DNA from: the human T2T-CHM13v2.0 reference genome, Homo sapiens
Length of the DNA stretch: 64,000 nt
Assembly (NCBI RefSeq): GCF_009914755.1
Contig: NC_060929.1
Direction: 5' to 3' (one strand)
The translations under genes were made by a program, and so were the position numbers. The first letter of the stretch is position 1; each line of letters opens with the position of its first letter. The notes below the pieces were generated by a model. It searched no databases, had not been told where the DNA came from, and worked only from the letters and a program-made list of their open reading frames with translations. This document shows, one piece after another, positions 61,830 to 64,000 of this stretch.

Positions 61830-62100
61830 TCTAATCCTTATCAAGGGCTTACTTTATTCTAAACACTCTTCGAAGGGTTTTACGTGAATATAAAACATCA
61901 TTTCCTCAAAACATCTTCTTTTCCTTCATAACGACCCAATATCTTGGACACAATTATTATCCACATTTTACATATGAGAAAACTGTGGTATTGGAAACTG
62001 GCTACCCATGATCTTAGGGCCAGTAAGTGGTCAAGTGGAATTATAAGTCAGGCAGTCTGCCTCCACAATCCATATTCTTCACCATCTTTCAGCACCACCT
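61830..62100 (-). mobile_element. MIR
   Basis: ATTATTATCCACATTTTACATATGAGAAAACTGTGG..CAGGCAGTCTGCCTCCA. Confidence 0.7.
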
Positions 62101-62214
62101 AAAAACATCGATCCTGCATTGTGTACAGGTAATCTGTAGAGCTGAACATCATCGTTTTCTGGAATTTGCCTTAGAAGGCTGTTGGGAGATATAAGGTAGA
62201 AAAATAAACGTATT

Positions 62215-62620
62215 TCTGTGTTAGCCAAGATAGACTAGGCTGTATGCTATGGTAACAAATAACCCCAGTATCTCAAAAACATCTGAGTTCTTTGTTATGA
62301 ACTCTGTCAGAGTTCACCCTGAGCCTGGGAGAATCTTTAGAGCAGGAGTCTCACAAGTAGTCATTAAAAAGTAAAGACTGTGTTGACTCTGGGAATCCAA
62401 CATTCTCATTGAGGATCATCACAACATAGAAAGGGGCAACTGGAGAATCTTACTGGCGCTTTTACATCAGTTAAGATTTATGCACCAAAGATTGGTGCTT
62501 TGACGCCCTTGCATGTGTCATTGGCCAAAACTAGTCACATGGTCTTGTTTGTAGTCCCCTTGCCCAGAAATGGAAGGAGATGTGCATATGGGTGTGGGCC
62601 CAAGTCATACCCATCACAGT
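62215..62620 (-). mobile_element. MLT1 (J/L-like) MaLR LTR
   Basis: GATAGACTAGGCTGTATGCTATGGTAACAAATAACCCC..TCATTGGCCAAAACTAGTCACATGG. Confidence 0.6.
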
Positions 62621-64000
62621 TTCAAAGGAGTAATTTTTTAGTGTTTGAATAATTTGAATATTTTATAGACTCTTGAAGACTTTGTTTTCTTTTTATATTA
62701 CCTAATGTTCACTTAACCTCACCATAAACTAGGATGCCATTTTATTTTAAACACAGATAGAAATGAGTCTACTATAACCCTGCTAAAAGCTTAGTGGGGG
62801 GAATTAACAACATTTAATATGATGAGGATTGAGTTTTATTACAACTTTTAACAACCATATTTGAATTCTGTCTGAGAATAGTCACCAACAGGCATTTTTA
62901 ATTTAAACACTTTAGAATTGCATACTAAATTTTCAGTTGTCAAGTTTCTGAATAAATAATCTTTCAATTATAATTAAGTTCCTAAATGAATTGTCCCCCA
63001 AATATTACATAAACCTAAATTGAAGATACATACTTATCTCTCCAGAATAGCCAAATAAATATCATGACTTACTACAGAAATTTAGGACTGTGATGATGTA
63101 AATTATGATATATGTATATATAATATTAATCTAGAGGACAATGTATTTGGATAAAAATATCAACTCGAAACAAGAAAGCCCGTGTTTGAGTCTCAGTCCT
63201 TCTAGATCTTAAGTGCTCCTGATAGAGCACTTACTCAACCAGGTTTGAGATTTGGTTTAAAACGTAGATAATGGTGCCACTCTTTCCACTTAATGGGGAT
63301 GTTGAGTCATTAAGTATGTATCCTGAGATCACCTGGACTCCTCCATTACAATGTAATAAACAATATCAACAGAAGGATGCTACAATAACATAAACCCCAG
63401 ATGAATTTCTAAGGCAATGGGACTACAAGCTTCAGTTCTTTCCTAGACAGCAATGCTGAAATGCAAAATGGATGAGGCAAAACGGATATGCAATTTCAGA
63501 ATTCAACAAGTCTGCAGTCTTCAGAGTTACTGAATAGACAGAGCCACTAAATTATTCTACTTCATTCTTTGTATAGGTCAGAAACGTCTCCCAAACTTTT
63601 TTATAATATCTTCTAGATTGGTGCTAACTAGACTATGTATGGTCTCATAGGAAATTACTATTTACTCAATGTTTTGCTTTAAATTTTACTGTGTTATTTG
63701 CATGGGATAAAAGCTCTTCTGCTAACACAGAGTGGGTTACACACATAGTTAAGGTCAGTTGTATCTTCTGTTTCCTTTATTTACTCAAACTTCAATTCTT
63801 TCTCAACTCATGTCTTTCTTGTAGTAACATTTATAGAAATGATATGTATTACCCCTGCTTAATTTTATCTAATCCTTCACAAGGTCGTGGTCCTTGCTAA
63901 AAGCTTAGTACTCATTCCTCAAATTACATGGTTTCACACATTTTATTTCTAAATATTTATTTCTCTGGTAACATTAATTATCTTCTATTACCACCCAGTT

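Overview
AT-rich primate (almost certainly human) genomic DNA. The only supportable protein-coding sequence is the large 3'-terminal coding exon of PRR16 (Largen) on the + strand: a splice acceptor at 55944-55945, CDS 55946-56701, and a short AU-rich 3' UTR with AATAAA signals. Bases 1-55945 are therefore the 3' part of a long PRR16 intron, and about 57300-64000 is downstream flank. The intron is dominated by retrotransposon and DNA-transposon fossils: a near full-length sense L1PB-type element, two antisense young L1PA copies, a 5'-inverted L1PA16-like copy, about eight Alus, Tigger4b, three MER63s, MaLR/ERVL LTRs, and L2/MIR/HAL1 fragments. Apart from the PRR16 exon, the long ORFs in the track are L1 remnants and the short ones are repeat-derived or spurious. 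The most unusual observations are: (i) a 23-nt CpG-rich insert resembling 18S rRNA between the 5'-truncation point of an L1PA3 and its target-site duplication (TSD), suggesting an rRNA-L1 chimeric retrotranscript; (ii) shared non-consensus variants between two neighbouring L1PA copies, suggesting gene conversion; (iii) a GADD34-like PP1-docking motif plus a C-terminal PDZ ligand in PRR16; (iv) an exact 15-mer placed upstream of two different PRR16 poly(A) signals. Repeat subfamily names and reference sequences come from my recollection of consensus sequences, not from a database search.
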